Source: Octopus sinensis (taxonomy: Eukaryota). Taken from it: 64,000 bases of DNA. Position numbers and translations under genes: made by a program. The stretch spans positions 207,948,001 through 208,012,000 of the forward strand of contig NC_042997.1 of NCBI RefSeq assembly GCF_006345805.1. The letters run 5' to 3'. Positions 61,140-64,000 of this stretch are shown one piece after another; position 1 is the stretch's first letter; every line of letters begins with the position of its first letter. The notes beneath the pieces were generated by a model, which did not search any database, was not told the origin of the DNA, and saw only the letters and a program-made list of their open reading frames with translations.

Positions 61140-64000
61140 TGTGAGAGCGATAAAACAGTGCTCCGAAATCTATCCACAAACATCGGAAATAAAGACATCA
61201 CATGGAGCCAAAAATTAACTGACAAAGGATTGGACTATATCCAAGTAAATAATACTCATTGAAATTTATTGCTATTTTCCAAGCAAAATCATGTATTTTA
61301 ACTCGATATCATCTCCAACCATGTAAACATGCTTGATACATTACGATCCATCAACAACAGATCATCTCCGGCCCCAGACACCATGTACAAAAAAATTACA
61401 AATAAATTAAATAATAATGGTATTATTCAACCCAAGAATAACAATCGGGAAGTGCGTACTTTAAACTTGTTACACAAAAAGTATGAAAAACTACACAGGC
61501 AAAACAATTTGACAATAGAAATGAACGGACCGGTACCCTACGAAAATGATGACTGTCAAAATAATGGGCCAGACGTTGTTCCTCATGTTCTGCAAATAAA
61601 ACCAAAAAGGCATAAATGGACACGTGAGGAATACATTTCAATCCTACACGCTTAATTTACAGCAGTGCTCTACCCAAAGAACAAAAACACAACAACATAT
61701 ACATATAAAATATGGAAGAAAAATAACCTAAACAAACACTTGGATACAGCAATGAACCCTAATAAACTAGCTAACATACGAAGATATATTCTCAACGCAA
61801 AAAAAATATCAGAAATAGAAATAGAACATTTATAAGAAAAAATACATCAGAAAAATGTAGATAGTAAACAGACAACAATGCCAAATAAATTAAACACTGA
61901 GATAGTAAAACACGAAGACAGACGTAACATTTCCAACAAAAACGAAGTAAACAAAAAACAACAAACCCAGACCGTAAGGATGAATAATAATGTAAGAAAA
62001 GCAGCAAACCAAAACACAACAGACAAACATATGAATGAGAAAAAAAGCGACACAAATCTAAAACCTGGAAACAACGAAGGGGAGCCTAATGATTATGATA
62101 CCATAAAAAATAGAATAATCAAAGAACCGAAAAACACAGATCTCAAAATGGACCACCAACCATACCTCCCAAAAATCAAAATAGACAAAAAAACAACATC
62201 GATAATAAATAGCATAAACCTGGCTGTCACGGAACTAATAGCCACAGAAACAAATGGCAATATCACTGAGCTAAATGACATAATATAGGCAGCAGCCACT
62301 GCAGCCACAAAATAAGCTGGATACTCACTCAAATCTATCCAAACAGGAGTACCACCACCCAAACAAACCCTGTGGATAAATAATATCCAAAAAAAATACA
62401 AAAAATGAGAAAAGATCTGTTGATTCTTAACGAAATTAGTAGACAATCAACGCTACTAAGCAACAAAAAGAAAATAAAAATACTGTGCAAATACAACATC
62501 ACAGAAAAAGATTTACCTGAGATAAAAGAAAAGCTAAAGCAAGATATCCTTGCCAAAGCACAAAGGATCCGCTGGTATGAGAAACACCAAAGTTTCTTTG
62601 AACAAAACAAACAAACAGTTCAACTCCAACTCCAAAAAGTTCTACCAAGAACTTGGCAAAAATAAAATAGAAATCACTGCAGCACCAACAGCAGAAGAAG
62701 TGGAAGAATTCTGGAGAGAAATATGGTCGGCGAACGAACAACCAAAAAAAGGAGTATGAAAATAACAAACTCAGCACCTGAGCAACTTTGGAACCCCATA
62801 ACAACTGAAGAGGTCACCCAGGCACTGCAAAGACTAAGCAACTGGATGACATCTGGGCATGACAAGATCCCCAACTTCTGGTTGAAATATCTGACAGGAA
62901 TGCACAAAAAGCTGGATGAAAACTTTAACAACATACTGGCAGAGCCAGAGACAATGCCTGAATGGCTCATGAAGGGGAAATCCATCTTAATTCCCAAATC
63001 CAATGAGACAGCAAAACCAGAAAACTACAGACCAATAACCTGTCTCTCTACAATGTACAAGGCATTCACTGCAGTAATATCACAAAGATTAAACAAGCAC
63101 CTGGACGAAAACAACCTGTTTCCAGAAGAGCAGAAAGGATGCCGCAAAGGCTCATATAGCTGTAAAGATCAACTAATGATCAATAAAGCCATAACTGAAG
63201 ACAGCCACAGAAAGAAGAAAGGCCTCAGTATGGCCTGGATCGACTACAGAAAGGCGTTTGATAGCATCCCCCACACATGCATCCTCGAAACACTTGTCAT
63301 GAACAAAGTTGCACCAACAATTATAAAATACATAGGACACTCTATGAATAAATGGCAGACAGTGCTACAGCTCCAAACAAAAGAGGGACTCATGAAAACC
63401 AAAGCCATCCCCATTCGAAGAGGAATATTCCAGGGAGACATGCTCTCTCCACTCCTTTCTGCTTGGCACTGTCACCTCTATCTGATATGCTAAATAGAAC
63501 TGGATGCAGATACAAGTGTTACAGCAAAACAATCAGCCACCTTTTATATGTGGATGACCTAAAACTATACACTACAAATGACAAACAGCTGGAAACACTA
63601 CTAAAGACAGTTCATGGATTCACCAAAGAAATAGATATAAAATTTGGTTTAGAAAAATGCGCCAAAGTAACCCTGAAAAGAGGAAAACTAGGTAAGAGTA
63701 GCAACATCACACTAGATCAATCAAATGAAATAAAAGAATTAGACCAAAGCCAAACTTACAAATATTTAGGAATCCATGAACTAGATAAGACACAACACAC
63801 ACAAGTGAAAGAGAAAATAAAGAAAGAATACTATAGACAAGTTAGATCAATACTAAAAACAGAGCTCAATGCTAAAAACAAGATAACAGGTATTAACACT
63901 TTAGCCGTCCCAGTTATAAGTTACAGCTACAATATCCTTAACTGGACACTAAATGAACTAACCGAAATAAACAGAAAAACAAGAAAAATAATGACAGGAT
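61140..64000 (+). mobile_element. R4/Dong-like LINE, frameshifted, running off the window end
   Basis: RHKWTREEY; PENYRPITCLSTMYK; QKGCRKGSYSCKDQL; WIDYRKAFDS; GIFQGDMLSP; HLLYVDDLK; YKYLG. Confidence 0.92.

Noticed and set aside
39811-64000. Further upstream PARP (WWE/macro) exons of paralog C
   Set aside because: Searched by eye; no convincing motif with splice sites found. They may be small, diverged or beyond the window.

Overview
Eukaryotic, repeat-dense genomic DNA with one 100-N scaffold gap (12546-12645). It is probably cephalopod/octopus; this is inferred from my recollection of its SINE and RTE repeat families, not from a search. Host-gene content is pieces of a PARP14/15-like (macro-PARP) mono-ADP-ribosyltransferase cluster: a ~1.4-kb minus-strand exon ending in the start of a macrodomain (70-1471), a plus-strand terminal catalytic exon with no visible upstream partner (15537-15802), and three spliced minus-strand catalytic-domain exons (39810 to 36605). 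The rest is tandem arrays (115-bp, 32-bp, 26-bp, 67-bp and 24-bp units) and mobile elements: CR1-group, RTE, R4/Dong-like and Tx1/L1-like LINEs, Penelope-like elements, Helitrons, hAT, Tc1 and tRNA-derived SINEs. The most notable observations are: a minimal type I hammerhead ribozyme with a compensatory U3-A8 core; a 24-nt conserved-core array downstream of both PARP stop codons; a 115-bp satellite built from SINE sequence and hit twice by Helitrons at the same nucleotide; a head-to-tail Helitron trimer; and two different VNTRs grown from one RTE 3'-UTR motif. Many frameshifts are 1-nt homopolymer contractions, so pseudogene calls here are unsafe. No prokaryotic features were found.
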